Shown here piece by piece: positions 12,135 to 26,410 of a stretch of DNA of 64,000 nt; within the stretch, counting starts at the first letter, position 1, and each line of letters opens with the position of its first letter. Source of the DNA: Octopus sinensis (Eukaryota); NCBI RefSeq assembly GCF_006345805.1, contig NC_043005.1, forward strand, positions 39,618,001 through 39,682,000, read 5' to 3'. The position numbers and the translations under genes are program-made. Under the pieces are notes generated by a model. The model was not told the origin of the DNA and ran no database searches. It worked only from the letters and a program-made list of their open reading frames with translations.

Positions 12135-13489
12135 CGCAAACATATAAACCCTGATATACATTTCTATACATAAAAATACAAGCATATATGTAAATATTTA
12201 CGAGGTGTAAATGTGCTATTGTGATATCCGTACACAAAGAATTACGCATATACAAGAATAATACATCCGTATTATGCCTTCACAGACAGCAAAGACAATG
12301 TGCACTACCTTCCAACATAAAATAGATAATATACCTTAATTTCGTACGTAAAGTTATATACATCGATATTTATTCAGAAATGTGCATCAACTTGTTTGTC
12401 GTTAGTTGTCGTTTTGAAACAAACGAACAATTTGTAGAATATGCACTTAGGCATGACTACGAAGTCTTTCACTGAAATCTTCAAAGGAAATATGTCGGAA
12501 TATGCAAATATCTCCTTGCAATACTTGCAAACAAGATATTCAGATAATATTGATTCTAATCAAATTTAGAATGGCCGTTATGTTTGACGTATCTATGATA
12601 ATGATTAGATATTATTCATACCAGTAATTTACGTAGTTCATTCTCATTTAACATTGTGGAATTCGTAATTCAAAAATTCGCTACACAAAACCAGACATCG
12701 TGAAAACTAAGAACTGCCTCGTATAGCAGTCAAATCTTCCTCACATCAAGCAGTAATGTGGGAATTGATGGTGGTAGTGGTTGTGGTGGCGGTAATCAAT
12801 GTGTTGGTGGGAATGTAGTGCTGGTAATGGTGCTGGAAATACGTTAGTGGTGATGATGGAAATGGTGGATCTCCGTCGTTTGGCAAAGAGAATTCAGGAG
12901 TTCGATCAACTGAATTACCCGCTCCTGTATTAACAATTCAATGACTGAGCAGCCTACACATGCATGTATCCTTAAGTAAGTTACCGCCAGAATTAACGTA
13001 ACACAGTGTAAAAAGGTTGTACCTTCTTCAATATAAGATACAGTCCAACTGACAGTTTTTATTTAGTGTCATTCAACTCAATTTCATTCACAAGATGTCA
13101 AGCAGTGCGACTGAAACCCTGACTTTGTAGTTGCGAAGTTTTTTTTTTAACCATTCGGCCATACTGCACCTACACAATAGAAATTCTATTAGAGACAACG
13201 TAGTCCAAAAGAAAAAAGTAAAAGATAAGATGGTTACGGCTGGAGAATTTTAGATCATAGATTTGCTCAGTCAAGTCTGAGTCACAGCTAATCCGCAACA
13301 ACATAAGGCATTTCGTCAGTTTTATATTTCAGTAGAAGACATTGGTCCAAGGTGCTACTCACTGGTACTGAACTCAACACTAAGTGAGTGCAAAGCGAGT
13401 TTCTTAATCACTCAAGGAGACAACGATGTTTATTTTGTTTTTATGGCATAGTGAAAGGAAGGAGAAAGCATCTTCAATCCTTTTCAGGA

Positions 13490-13700
13490 TCTCCAACAAT
13501 GTTAGCAGGAAATTATTCTAAAACCGAAGTCTTAGTCCGTTGGCTTTCAACAGAGTTGGGTCTACTACAGGCATACAAAAGCCAGATGTACGTGTTAAAT
13601 CAAGGGTTAGATAAGGGGGTCAATTCCATGAACTTGCAGCGAGTTATCTCCTCGAGCAAGATGCTTCATTTCACATTGTCCAATTCAACGACCACCTTAC
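13490..13700 (-). mobile_element. Possible decayed LINE AP-endonuclease fragment
   Basis: Minus strand ends in ...FPANIVGD, resembling the IVGDFN motif; otherwise broken. Confidence 0.25.
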
Positions 13701-14144
13701 TGCTAGTGCCGTTATCTCTTTCTTTACCAGTCACTTCCTAGATGCTGAACTGACTCTTAGTTTAGAGAGCTGAAAGGGTCTCTAAGTTTTCACATGACTA
13801 CATAGTCATCTAAAACAATTAGCGTGAGTATGGCGCATGTCACGATGTCATACTCATGTGTATAATACGTAGCAGTACCAAGCATTCTTTAAAATGTTCT
13901 TGTGGCTTTTTCTGTTTTTTTTACTTGTCAAAAATATCAAGGGGTTAATTCGACCATCTAAAAATCAAAAATCTAATCTCCACTGCTTGTGCACCATCCC
14001 TTCCACCTCACGCGAAAACATACCTTTAATGTCCGCTCCATGCTCTCTTTCAACAAGATATTTGAAAAAATATAAAACGTTAAATTGCCTGCAACCAATG
14101 AAAGTCAGCCGAGTGTTACCAGCTCTGCACTAACGATCAGTGAT

Positions 14145-14202
<58 letters not shown>

Positions 14203-15852
14203 TCTCTTCCCTTTTCTTCTCTTTTCTTCTTTTAATTGGGTTGGTGTGTAGTTTTAATGGAAGTTCTTTCATCAATGGTTTTTCATATGAATCTATGACG
14301 ACTTTGATAATGAAATGACAAGTTTGTTATGACAATATTGAAAACACACGAACTATACAGCGCTGGGTGCGGTTGTTGATTATAAAAAAAAGAGCAAAGC
14401 AGTAACAAAACATAAATGGGGAAATTTATCCTCTAAATGGTGATATTCAAAGCTAAATAGCATTTTAGTGGTGAAAGAAAACAAAAGCGTTCCGAAATTA
14501 TAACTACTGTAGATAGAGTTCAGTGGTGTGTCGAACGATATAAAGTTTGAACTAAGGATGCAGGCATGGTTGTGTGGTTAAGGTGTTCTCTTCGAAAACA
14601 CATAGATTTGAGCGGTTCGATTCTACTGTGTGGTAGCGTAGATAAGTATCTTTTACCATTCCATTACAGATGCATGTCATCGTGTCTGTGATGGAATTTG
14701 ATAAACAGAAAGTGTTTAGATGTCATGTACGTATGCTTGTGCATATTTGCCATAATAAAGAAAGCTGCTTATCACTTAGTTTAAAGTATGTAGTTTTTAC
14801 AAAACTGAAGCAATTATTAAAATCTACATTCTCTAGAAAATTCTTATAAATTCTATTTTTAAGATTTTTGACGTCATACGAATTTATAAACTTCTCATGA
14901 GAACGTTGAATGTTTTTTTAGAACTGGATCTCGAAGCTCAAAAGGGCATAGGCAATACCACGTAAATATCAGGTTTATATATTCTTACGACATCAGCAAC
15001 ATACAATTCTCGCTGATAAGTATAATGTTTCAAAAGCAGATAGAGAAATAAGAACGATTGCATTGGTCTGTCTACAGAAGATGTGATATCGGGCCCCACG
15101 GTCAGACTTCGATTTTTTCTGTTCAAAAGGGTTTTTCAACCCAATATTATTCATATATTTTTATCAAACTGGTTTTCAAACAACATAATTATTTAAGATA
15201 ACTAGTTTCTACTCACTGTGAATTAGTTAACTTACATTGCGAGATAACATTTTGTAGCATTCCTGTTTATATTTTGGCATAGAACTATGACCATTCCACA
15301 CCCCTTGATTTGTTTCCTCACAACCTTACGAAAAATGGATATTCTTTATAAGGTTTCTGCAAAAGAACTTCAGATGGTGAAGCTTACGATTACATCGGAA
15401 TTCGGCAGGGTAAGAAATTTCGGATAATTCACATGCCTCGATTTTGCTTTCCGATAACTTCTAATAAAATAAATATTTGTTCGGGAAATTCTCTACAAAT
15501 ATTTTGCAGTTTGTGTACATTATATTTATGAATGAATGAGTGAATAAATGAATGAATGAGTGAATGAATGAATGAATGAATGATGAATGAATGAATGAAT
15601 AACTCAATCAATCAATCAATGAGTGAGTGAATAAGTGCTTACAAACTTCCTACACTTAGATCCTTGGATCTTACAATTACATATCGATATACATATATGT
15701 ATGTATATTATGTATATTTGCATGTATGTATATATATATATGGTTAAATGTCTGTGTGTATATATAAATACATATACATATACACACAAACAATTATGTG
15801 TATATATATATGGTTAAAGGTCTATGTGTGTATGTACATATATATATATATA

Positions 15853-15887
<35 letters not shown>

Positions 15888-16199
15888 TTGTTAGCAGATC
15901 ATAAATCAGAGGAAGAGCATACTCTATAAAATATAGAGTAGTTGTTTATTTTTGCATGTGTAAAGTAACAGTTTAGAAAAGAAAACATTTCTAATCCGGC
16001 ATGTACAACCTGCCTCTGTCCGTGGTTTAGGATTGCTAAGTAATTTTTTCTTAACAACTGGGTGCACAAACTGAAAGAGATTCTTAAATTATGTCTGTTA
16101 AAGCTCTTTCTATATTTGTGTGGTCGCGTGAAATGCTTATCACCAACCTAAGAAAAATCTTACCTACGCAGGTCCGGACGTTTAGGGAGAAGCGAGGAG

Positions 16200-16823
16200 C
16201 GAACCATAATGTGTTGCCGTGGCGTTTCCTTTTACGGTTACTCAATGCCGGTGTATATACTATATGGTGCCGATGTTAAGATAAAAATACGTAGCAATCC
16301 TAAGCCACGGACAGAGGCAGGTTGTTCATGTAGACTTAGAAATGAATGTGCAGTGGACGATCGATGTAACACCGAGGCTACAGTGTACCAAGCAAACAGA
16401 AGGTGCACAGAAGCAGCACAAATATCAGTAACATCAATGCCAACACAGGGAGACAGACTAAAATTTATGTCGGATCTTGTGAATCCAAATTTAAAAATCG
16501 CCTGAACAACCACAGACTCTCTTTCAGGGTCTCGGAGAGACGCAACGCAACGACACTCGCAGTATATGTATGGCACCTAAAGGACAATCATACGCCCTTT
16601 AACATCAGGTGAAAATTACTAGAAACTTGTGGACCCTATCGCAATGAAACAAGACTATGTAAATTGTGTATAGCAGAAAAATATATGACCCTTATGAACT
16701 CACATGAACCAGTAGGCTACCTTAACTCCACGATGGAAGCCATGGAGAGTTGTCCCCATTTTCGGAAATTTTTACTTTAGCTATCAAGCGATGGAAGACA
16801 ACTCCCCCGGCCATAATTTTTAA
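16200..16823 (+). mobile_element. Penelope-like element GIY-YIG endonuclease region (pseudogenised)
   Basis: CSCRLRNEC..RC..ATVYQA, KIYVGSCESKFKNRLNNHRLSF, NATTLAVYVWHLKD, *KLLETCGPYRNETRLCKLCIAEK, LN..E..CPHFRKFLL; stop at 16821-16823, one frameshift and one W-to-stop change. Confidence 0.9.
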
Positions 16824-16976
16824 GGGGAATATTTCTTGAATTATCACCGGCGTTCTTGTGTTTTAAAAACAAACATTCTTTGCAGAGAACAGTTATCATT
16901 TAGAAAAAATGAAGATATGTCTACTTCACGCTAGATGTGAAACCAATGGTTTTTTCTAAACTTATTTCCCACATAC

Positions 16977-17014
<38 letters not shown>

Positions 17015-17017
<3 letters not shown>

Positions 17018-17404
17018 GTATTGTTTTTACGTCCTGTTTTTGTCACATTTTTTTCCTTGTTTTTACCCCTCTGCAAAGGAATTTTATTTAATTCTTTCGC
17101 TGGAAGGATTATTTCGCCGAGATGTGTTCAGTCCTCACCTTCGAAACACGCTGGAGTTGAACTAGGGACAGCTGATGAAGGGGATTTTTCCTTGTGTAGT
17201 TGTCTTGTACTCTGTTTTTTCGTTGTTAAAAAAATGGTCCATTCCATGCTGTTTTTACGTTTTCGTTTCTCGTTGAGTGCTACGTTTATTTGTGGTGTCC
17301 TGTACACACGTATATATATTTATATATGCATGTATATATACATGTGGATGTAGCTACGTACATATATGTTTGTATGTATGCATATATTTTATTTATTACA
17401 CTAT
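17015..17404 (+). repeat. Dispersed ~380 bp repeat, copy 2
   Basis: Highly similar to 7120-7497; about 200 bp downstream of the Penelope stop codon. Confidence 0.75.
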
Positions 17405-17479
17405 TGTATGATTGAGCGCCTTCGCGTCGATTCGATTCGATTCGTTTGTTTCGTTTGGTTTCTTCTTCTTCTCTAAGGT

Positions 17480-17527
<48 letters not shown>

Positions 17528-17552
17528 ATATATATATATATAATATATATAT

Positions 17553-17593
<41 letters not shown>

Positions 17594-17597
17594 TATA

Positions 17598-17654
<57 letters not shown>

Positions 17655-17799
17655 CATATACAAACAAACAATGATGTGTATATGTTGGTAAATGTGTCTG
17701 TATATATCACATGAGTATTGGGCAGATGACATTATGCGTGGGTGGGATCGTGCGTAGGAGGTGTCTAAATAAAGGAATACACGTGATTACTCGAACAAT

Positions 17800-17990
17800 G
17801 TCAAGGTGTGTGGCTTAGTGGTTACGGATGTTGTACTGAAGATCGTATGATAGCGGTTTCGAATCTGGGATCAGAAATGTGCTATATTTTTGTGTAAAAC
17901 ACTTCTAGAACACTCAGCTTGTTAAATTGAGTATTACTACGAGGGACTGGCGTCCAGACCAGGGAAACCGGTTTCATTAGCCTATGGCAT
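17800..17990 (+). mobile_element. Decayed tRNA-derived SINE
   Basis: Head GTGTGGCTTAGTGGTTA ... GGTTTCGAATC (A/B-box-like); same family as 27200-27441. Confidence 0.6.
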
Positions 17991-18373
17991 TGAAAGGCCA
18001 GTTCATTTATCTTTTCTTTTTAATGATGTATTGAACAATATATTTATATATAGAACAGAGTTAGTTACAAGTGGGGGTCTTGCCTCAAACAGTTATTTAT
18101 AAAGAGATCTTGATGGAAACACATAAACCAACGATGCTCCACTATTGTCAAAACGGAAAAGATGTAGCCTACAGCCAAATTATTACATGACACGTCGCTC
18201 CACCTGGTGGAGAATATATGTTAAAGTATAAATTATGAGATGCGTTCATATGAAAAAAGGACATAACTACAGTAAGAAGAAAGCAGATTTTGAATTAATT
18301 ATGAGATGTACTGCAAGCGAGGATGGTGGATGAAGATAAACTTAGATGAGTTATAAACATAAGACGTGTTTAT

Positions 18374-18958
18374 TTAGCACATAGGAAGAATATGTCAGAG
18401 TTACTAGAGCATCTGTATTTAATAAGGTTACCACAATGGCGACTGTATATACATATGTCCGTATACATTCATGTGTGCGTGTGTGTTTGTGTATGTATAT
18501 GTATATATATGTATGTGTGTGTGTACGTATGTATGTATGTACCTATATATGCATGTGTATATGCATGTATATATATGAATGTGTGGGTATATATGTATAT
18601 ATATATATATATATGTATGTATATTATTATATATAGGGTATATGATATGAATATATATATATATATAATATATATATATTCATATCATATATCCTATATA
18701 TATAATATACATACATACAATATATAATATATATATATATACATATATACCCAACATTCATATATATACATGCATACACATGCATATAATGGTACATACA
18801 TACATACGTACACACACACATACATATATATACATATACATACACAACACACACGCACACATGAATGTATACGGACATATGTATATACAGTCGCCATTGT
18901 GGTAACCTTATAAATACAGATGCTCTAGTAACTCTGACATATTCTTCCTATGTGCTAA
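18374..18958. repeat. ~585 bp near-perfect palindrome centred on (TA)n
   Basis: Left arm TTAGCACATAGGAAGAATATGTCAGAG... is mirrored at 18900-18958. Confidence 0.95.
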
Positions 18959-19520
18959 TATAGGTGTATTGCACGAGTGTATGTACATGTATGTATAGGT
19001 GCACATATGCATTTTCTGTATACGTGTGTGCACAGAAGTACATTTCACTAAAAAAGTAGTATATATATTAAAGGCGGTGCTCCAGCATGGCCGCAGTCAA
19101 ATGACTGAAACAAGTAAAAAGAAAAAAGAATATATATATATATATATATATATACATACATACATACAAGTGTGTGTGTGTGTGTGTGCATGTGTAAAGG
19201 ATAAATATATTTATATATTAAATATTTACATGCATAGGATTCTATCTATGTCTATCGTGCTTTCCAACATACACGTAATGTATGTATCTATGAATGCGCG
19301 TATATATATATTATATATATTATATATAGATATATTATTATATATATATATATATACGCGATTCATAGATACATACATATACGTGTATGTTTGGAAAGCA
19401 CGATAGACATAGATAGAATCCTATGCATGTAAATATTTAATATATAAATAATTATCCTTTACACATGCACACACACACAACCACACTTGTATGTATGTAG
19501 TATATATATATATATAATAT

Positions 19521-19553
<33 letters not shown>

Positions 19554-19723
19554 TCTTTTTTCTTTTTACTTGTTTCAGTCTTGACTGCGGCCATGCTGGA
19601 GCACCGCCTTTAATATATATACTACTTTTTTAGTGAAATGTACTCTGTGCACACACGTATACAGAAAATGCATATGTGCACCTATACATACATGCACATA
19701 CACTCGTGCATTACACCTATATT
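18957..19723. repeat. ~765 bp near-perfect palindrome centred on (TA)n, containing a SINE tail in each arm
   Basis: SINE tail at 19068-19130 is mirrored at 19550-19613; arms differ mainly by 1-2 nt indels. Confidence 0.95.
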
Positions 19724-19820
19724 CTCACACACACGCAGACGCACGCACCCATACATACTTACACACCCCAACCCCACCCACTCGACACTCATATATATAT
19801 ATATATATATATAGATAGAT

Positions 19821-19903
<83 letters not shown>

Positions 19904-21179
19904 CAAACATGGACAAATACAGACATTTACATGTATGTTTGTCCATATAAGTTTAAAGCGTGTATAAAGGACTTGATCACAAACGAACACATTTTGAGAA
20001 TATTTTATATAAATAATAATTTACAGTAGCCGTAAAGAATAAATTACTGATCTTGGCAAAATATATTGCTTCTTATTTTTTGACCTCAGATCAATAACTT
20101 TAATGCTGGTATGGAAGAAGTTTAAATGATTGGAGTATGGTGCATTTGACGTTCTGAAGAACACGAGTAGCTTTCTTCAATTATGATTCGAAACCTTATC
20201 GTATGCTTGAATTTCAAATACGATATTTTATTATTTTCTAAGATGTTGAAATGCTGGTCAAATAAAATCAAGTTGAAAGAAAGTACAACATGAATAATAT
20301 TCAGGAAGGAAATATGCAAATTAACACTCTAGTTAGCTTACAACGTTTTAAACCACGTGTTTTCATCATAGAATTAGATCCCAGTTCTTTCACACCAGTG
20401 GATATTCACAAACAAATAATTTATTCATTTCTTATTTTTATTTCCCCAAAACCAGCAAGTATTCAGCCAATAAAGGAGAAAGAAAAGTTCATAGAATATT
20501 CGAGATTAAAACTAGAAAGAAGTATTGATCCAAACTTTTGGTATGAACCTTCAGGCGTTTCCTTTCCCATTTTTTTTTAGCAAGGAAAAGTATGAGTTAA
20601 AATCTATATAAAAAAAAAACATGGTATACAGATAGATTCTTGTTGAGAAAGACAGGTAAAGAAAGTCGAGATAGAACTGAGAGTAATTAATTTTCAATGT
20701 ATTTGTTTTATTTCATTTTCGTATTCCTTTTACCAAAAGTCCGATTCCTAATAATACATTTTTCGGTGTCTACGGCGACTATAGGTCTGTAGCCTAAGGT
20801 AGTAAATGTTTTTATTTTCACCACCAACTTAGCGTGGTACATCTGCATGCCTAACCCGTTTTCTCTGACTGCTTCTCTTTTCAAGGAAACCACATTTCCA
20901 CCGACTTAATAGCACCGCTGATATTTTTAAAGGTGGTGCTGTTCCTATTTCAGATTTTTAAATTAATACACGTCACGATGTTTATACCTGTTATGCTGTA
21001 CTTTTCATTAAACTCCACACCGTATACATCCAGCGGCAATTAAACTTTTAACATACATCCAAGTTCTCTTTATTCAATTTCAATGAAATTTCTTCAACTA
21101 AGACTCCCAATGTTTGATAAGACTTGGGTCTGTCGGGAACCCGAGGTTTCATAAGGATGAAACTTACATGGCGTATAAG

Positions 21180-21385
21180 TGACTGAGATTACAACACGTA
21201 CCACTGGAGAGGACACCGGTCTGTAGCAAGGTTAACTTCCCAGATATTGTAGGAACTCATTTAAAGCTGAATGAACTAGAACAATCTCAAATGATGTATT
21301 TGCTTAAGAAAGCAACGCACCGTCCAGTCCGGGAATGGGAACCACGTGGGTGCAATAACTTAACCAACTAGACCATGTGCCTTTA
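21180..21385 (-). mobile_element. Decayed tRNA-derived SINE
   Basis: Shares ATGGCGTATAAGT..GA..ACACC.GTC with 27200-27441. Confidence 0.6.
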
Positions 21386-21779
21386 TATGTTTATAATATA
21401 TTATTGAATCAATTACTTAAGTATTTCATTGATATATCTGGATTAAAAGGTTAGCTGAAATATGCGATCACACCGTGTAACTGAAGTCCGAGCAAGATTC
21501 AATCCCACGATTAAACAATGATCATATATTTACGAAAACAATAGAATGTATTATTTTATTGAAGCCTCTTGTACTTTGTCTCTCTAACAGAATCTCTATC
21601 CCAACCCGCTTCTAATTATTTATTAAACGGACTGTCGAAATTTGCTATTTCCCCTAAAAGAGGATCATTGACGAAAGGTGGAGGCGGGTCCGTATCTTAC
21701 TCGGACTTCACACGTAATTCTTTCCAGTTTTGGTATAAGGAAAGGGAGCATTTCGATTATACCTATCCAAATTCTTGAC

Positions 21780-21918
21780 TGATACTTTAATTTATCGACC
21801 CCGAAAGGATGAAAGACAAAATTGAGCTGATCGCAGCGGAATTTGAACTCAGAACATAGACAGCCAGAAGAAATACTGCTCAGTATTTTGCCGACGCAGT
21901 AATGATTCTGCAAGCTTG
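21780..21918 (-). mobile_element. tRNA-derived SINE, partial
   Basis: ATCGACCCCGAAAGGATGAAAG ... GAATTTGAACTCAGAAC. Confidence 0.8.
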
Positions 21919-23009
21919 CTAATTTTCACTCCTTGCTGGAGACAAAACTACAAAACTACAGAAATAGTCAAGCAGTTGGCTTATTAACATACTTATGATT
22001 TAATGACAATCGTTTGTCATTGTATTATCTCTCTATCATAAAGTGGATCATTCTTACACGCCAACAGACGCCAGTAGTAATGAATGAAACTTTAAATAAC
22101 AAGGAAGCCAGATGTAATTTACAGCCGATTCTAACAACGGCAAGATATGAAAGAAAGAAAACCGGTCGAGGTGAAAGTCAGGTGAAGAAATAGTGACTAC
22201 AATGGCTCTTCAATAATTATATAACTGCTAAGAAATTTTAAAATTCTCTACTTCTATGCCTTGGTTCATTCTTGCTGCTAGTTTTCCTACATTAATGAGG
22301 TTACTATCAACAAATATATACAAGAATCACCTGGTGTTACGGGACTAATGCGATATTGAAAAACTTGCCGTAAGGCAAATTCCTGTATCAAGGAATTAAT
22401 TTTTCTATGGACTTCCATGAAATAACGAAATAATGTGTACCGATGATTTTTTTTTTCGAAAGAAAGACAATAAAAAACAAAGCAGCCTACGCAATACAAT
22501 ATTTATATATAAAATTATTTGAAGTGAAATACGTTAGGAAATAAATAAGAATCGCAATATCGTAGTAGGGTGAGTACTTACCACAAAAAAATGAGGACTA
22601 TTATCTCAGAGATAGTAGTGGAATGAGAGTCCCTGGGAAGATGATACTACCTTCTATCTTATTGTTCATCACCATCATTATTGTGTTAACAACAAACAAG
22701 ATGAGGACAAATATCCGTCAAATGTAAATAATGTAAATAATATACCACCATTATTGTCATCAACAGTTAGTTGAGGAGTGAAGACCTTATCTGATAGATA
22801 TGGTGCATCATCTCTTTGTACAGCTCAGTGTAGAAACTAAGCTCATTGTAAATTCCTCTTGAAATCTTTATGTTAAGTTCACTATTATTGCCCATGTTTC
22901 CCTTTCGTTTTCATTTTGCTTTGTTTTTTTTTTGTTTTAAGTTTTGCAGTCAGTTTAAGTAGAGTATTTTCGTACTTTCATCAGTATTCTCACAGCATCA
23001 GTTCCTCGC

Positions 23010-23480
23010 AAGATAGACTTTCTTTATAGGCCACTAGCAACTCATTCATATCACTCTCTATGATTACTTGAAATCCTACATCATTTGCGTGGGTCACAAT
23101 GTCTTTCTGAATTTGGTGTAGACACTTCACCTTGTGGAACACTTGTAAAGTCACAGATACAAATTTGAGGATATCACTTCAGTTATTATATACACAGCAA
23201 CATCTCCAGCTTCTTCTAGAAGTCCATAAGAGTGAGTCTATCCTTCCTGTCAATCACTTTCATAAATTGTTTGAAAGTTCTTCTCAGATGATATGCATTG
23301 AAGTTAACTATCACACCTTGATCCATCTACTGGAGCAGTTGAAGTTCGGAAAATATATTTCTACTCTCACGTTATCGGTAAACTTTCTTACGTTCACTGG
23401 TTCGCTTGGTGCATTGTTTAAAAGGAGTAATCTATTTTGGAAATGTATTTCATCCTATAATTTCCTACAGCAGGAAAAAA
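23010..23480 (-). mobile_element. Decayed Tigger/pogo transposase fragment
   Basis: Minus strand shares GATAACGTGAGAGTAGAA and ATGGATCAAGGTGTGATAG (MDQGVI) with the plus-strand copy at 24.2 kb. Confidence 0.75.
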
Positions 23481-23689
23481 AGATGCCTTCTTATTTGAAG
23501 CCAAATCAGAGGCAGCTTGTTGTCATGTTTTGATGTAAAACTCGAAATGAGAAGATGAAAAGATGAAGGAGTGCGGGTGGTGGGGAGGAAACGCTGTATG
23601 ATTACAGTTAGTTGAAGGGTTGAAGAGCTGCTACGTTCATGAGTACTTCACCCCTTACACTTCAGATTTAAGCCATAAAAGCTCCACAC

Positions 23690-23848
23690 TACTCACACTC
23701 GCATATATTTATATACATACATACATACACACATACATACATACATACATACATACATACATACATACATACATACATACATACATACATACACACATAC
23801 ATACATACAACATACATACATACATACATACATACATACATACATACA

Positions 23849-23880
<32 letters not shown>

Positions 23881-23930
23881 CATATATACATACACACACA
23901 CGAACATATATGTATGTATGTATGTATGTT
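23690..23930. repeat. (TACA)n microsatellite
   Basis: Directly visible. Confidence 0.95.
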
Positions 23931-23932
23931 TA

Positions 23933-25416
23933 CAGGCATCCTCCGTGTTACGACTACTTCAGGTTACAAGATTTCATGCTTACAGAAATTGTAAAATATG
24001 ATTCGTGTATCACTCCGAAAATCCAAGGGCGGTGAAGAGTTGCACAAAATTTAAACTGCCCCTGATTTGGCGACCAAATAATAAAGCATAGCTAAGTGCT
24101 TTTTCAAAGTGTGGTCTACTTTCTCCTGCTGTAGAAAGATACAGTACCAGACATAATATTTCCAACAAAGCATTACTTCTTTTGGACAATGCTTCGAGCG
24201 AGCCACCCAGCGAAATTAGACGGTCTTTCCGATAACGTGAGAGTAGAATATACCCCTAAGAATACAACTTCTTTGCTCTAGTCAATGGATCAAGGTGTGA
24301 TAGCAAACTTCATGGCATATTATGAAAACTTTCAAGCAATTTATGAAAGTAATTGACAGGGAGGATATCTCGACAATTAGAGACTTCTGGAAAGATTTCA
24401 ACATAATGGATGCTGCGGATAATATAGTTGGTCATGGGATGAAGTGAAAGCTTCAAATTTGAAAGCTGCTTGGAAAAATATATGGATAGATTGTACTCGT
24501 GTCATTATAAGTTTTCCTCGAGCAGAAAGTCATAAAAGATTCGGAGAGATATTGTGACAATTGCAAAGTATGTATGATTTGAAGAAGAATGGTATGACTG
24601 AGTTGTTCAAGTCCCATAGAGAAAATTTAGCTAATGAAGACTGATGCAGTTAGAAAAAGAACAAACTGAGAATAAAGATAGGACAACGGAAGTGCCACCT
24701 ATGCCACTTAAATTGAGTACAAAAATTATTGCTAAAGAGTCGGCACTTAAAGGGGAAGGTCTGAAGATTTTTGCTAATAATGACCCTAATCATGAACGTA
24801 GCAAAAATTACAAGATTTGACAATGAGCTCGGTTCCTACACGGAGCTATACGAAGAGATGATGCGTCCTAACCAAACAACTTCGGGTAAGTTCTTCACCC
24901 CTCAAGCTAGTGTTGGTGATAATGAACTATCTACTATAATAATACTCTTGTGCTTCCTCTGTCACAACAAATGAATGAGAAAGGAAGGGGTAATAGATGA
25001 ATAAGGAAAGAAGAGTTGATGGCAAACTGGTGGGATGGTGAACATTCAACGTTGAAAAGAAAAGTCGTACAGCGTTTTAACTCTGTGTGAGTATATGTGT
25101 GTATGTATATGCGTGTACAAGGGAAGTATGTGAACGTATGAGAACATTGACAAGTGTATTGTTTTGATTTACCATCCATATTTATATACAAAATACTACA
25201 ATTAGCCGTCATTTTTTACGACAGGGACCAGCTAGTAAGATAATAAATATTGTTCCTTATCTTCCTTTTAACGTTCATTCCACCACTCCTCATATATTAG
25301 TCAACGCCTTTTATGGTGAGAAAGTACTCTTATGAAGTTAGGATTGCTATTAATTCCCTACCGTATTCTTCTTGGAATGTTTTTGTTTATACATACATAT
25401 ATACATAGATACATAC

Positions 25417-25469
<53 letters not shown>

Positions 25470-26410
25470 ATATATATATATATTATACTGTGTACGCTTA
25501 GAAACTATCATTTTCATTAGAAAGGTGATCGTATTGCTTGTTCTCTGTTGTTTACTCGTACTTTTATTTTCTTCGAACAAGTCAGTAGGAATGCAATTTC
25601 GCTTGATAAAATGAAAATCAATAGGAAAACAAAATTTATATTCCGTAATTTCACGTTACGGCCAGATTTTCAGGAATGCATTACTTCGGTAAAGCAAGGG
25701 ATTCCTGTATATAAATTGCACTTAATGTAAATACATCGTGAAAGGCAAATTTACTGAGGTATTCGTCCCGAGATAATAACACTCATGTGTAAAAACTGAA
25801 TATATGAAGGAAGACGTGCTGTGTTTTCATCTAATGCTACTTCTGTTGCATATAATAGATATTCATTCAGCTGACAGGCTATTCGCAGCATCAGTGATCG
25901 TTTATTATCTGTTGTTTGCCGTGAGTACATGCTACTGATGACGTGACGAAACAGAAATGCGTCTAGCGATCTTCTTTCTAACTATACTGTATCAATTTTG
26001 GTCTAATAAGCCAACACATATTCTGTTTGTTTTTAAACTCATCATGTACATTAGAGGTATTATCTCTGGACGAATGCCGCAATGAATATGCGTTCCGTAA
26101 TGTATTTGCATTAAACATGATACATATATGGCTGTTTTAATTAAATTCTGCTTCTATTGCACTTAAAGAATGTGCGTGTATATGTGCGTATGTGTGTGTA
26201 TGTGTGTGTAAGTGTGCGTGTCAGTCTGTCTGTCTGTCTGTAGCGTCTTACAAGCTACGAAGTGAGTGTAGTTTCTAAATTCTTGAAAGTTATCACATTT
26301 TGCGTAAGGGCGAAACAATAGACTGTATCTCGAAATTAGTTGTCATACTCTACAATTTCCGTAAGCACGAAGTCTTGTTACCTGAGGTAGCCGTAATGCG
26401 GGGATACCTT
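23933..26410 (+). mobile_element. Tigger/pogo-like DNA transposon remnant bounded by ~68 bp imperfect inverted repeats; DDE fragment at about 24015-24900
   Basis: TA|CAGGCATCCTCCGTGTTACGAC... versus the reverse complement of 26343-26410|TA. Broken frames give ENPRA, KLPLIWRPNNKA, ALLLLDNA, PKNTTSLL.SMDQGVIA, DFWKDFNI and LKAAWKNIW. Confidence 0.75.
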
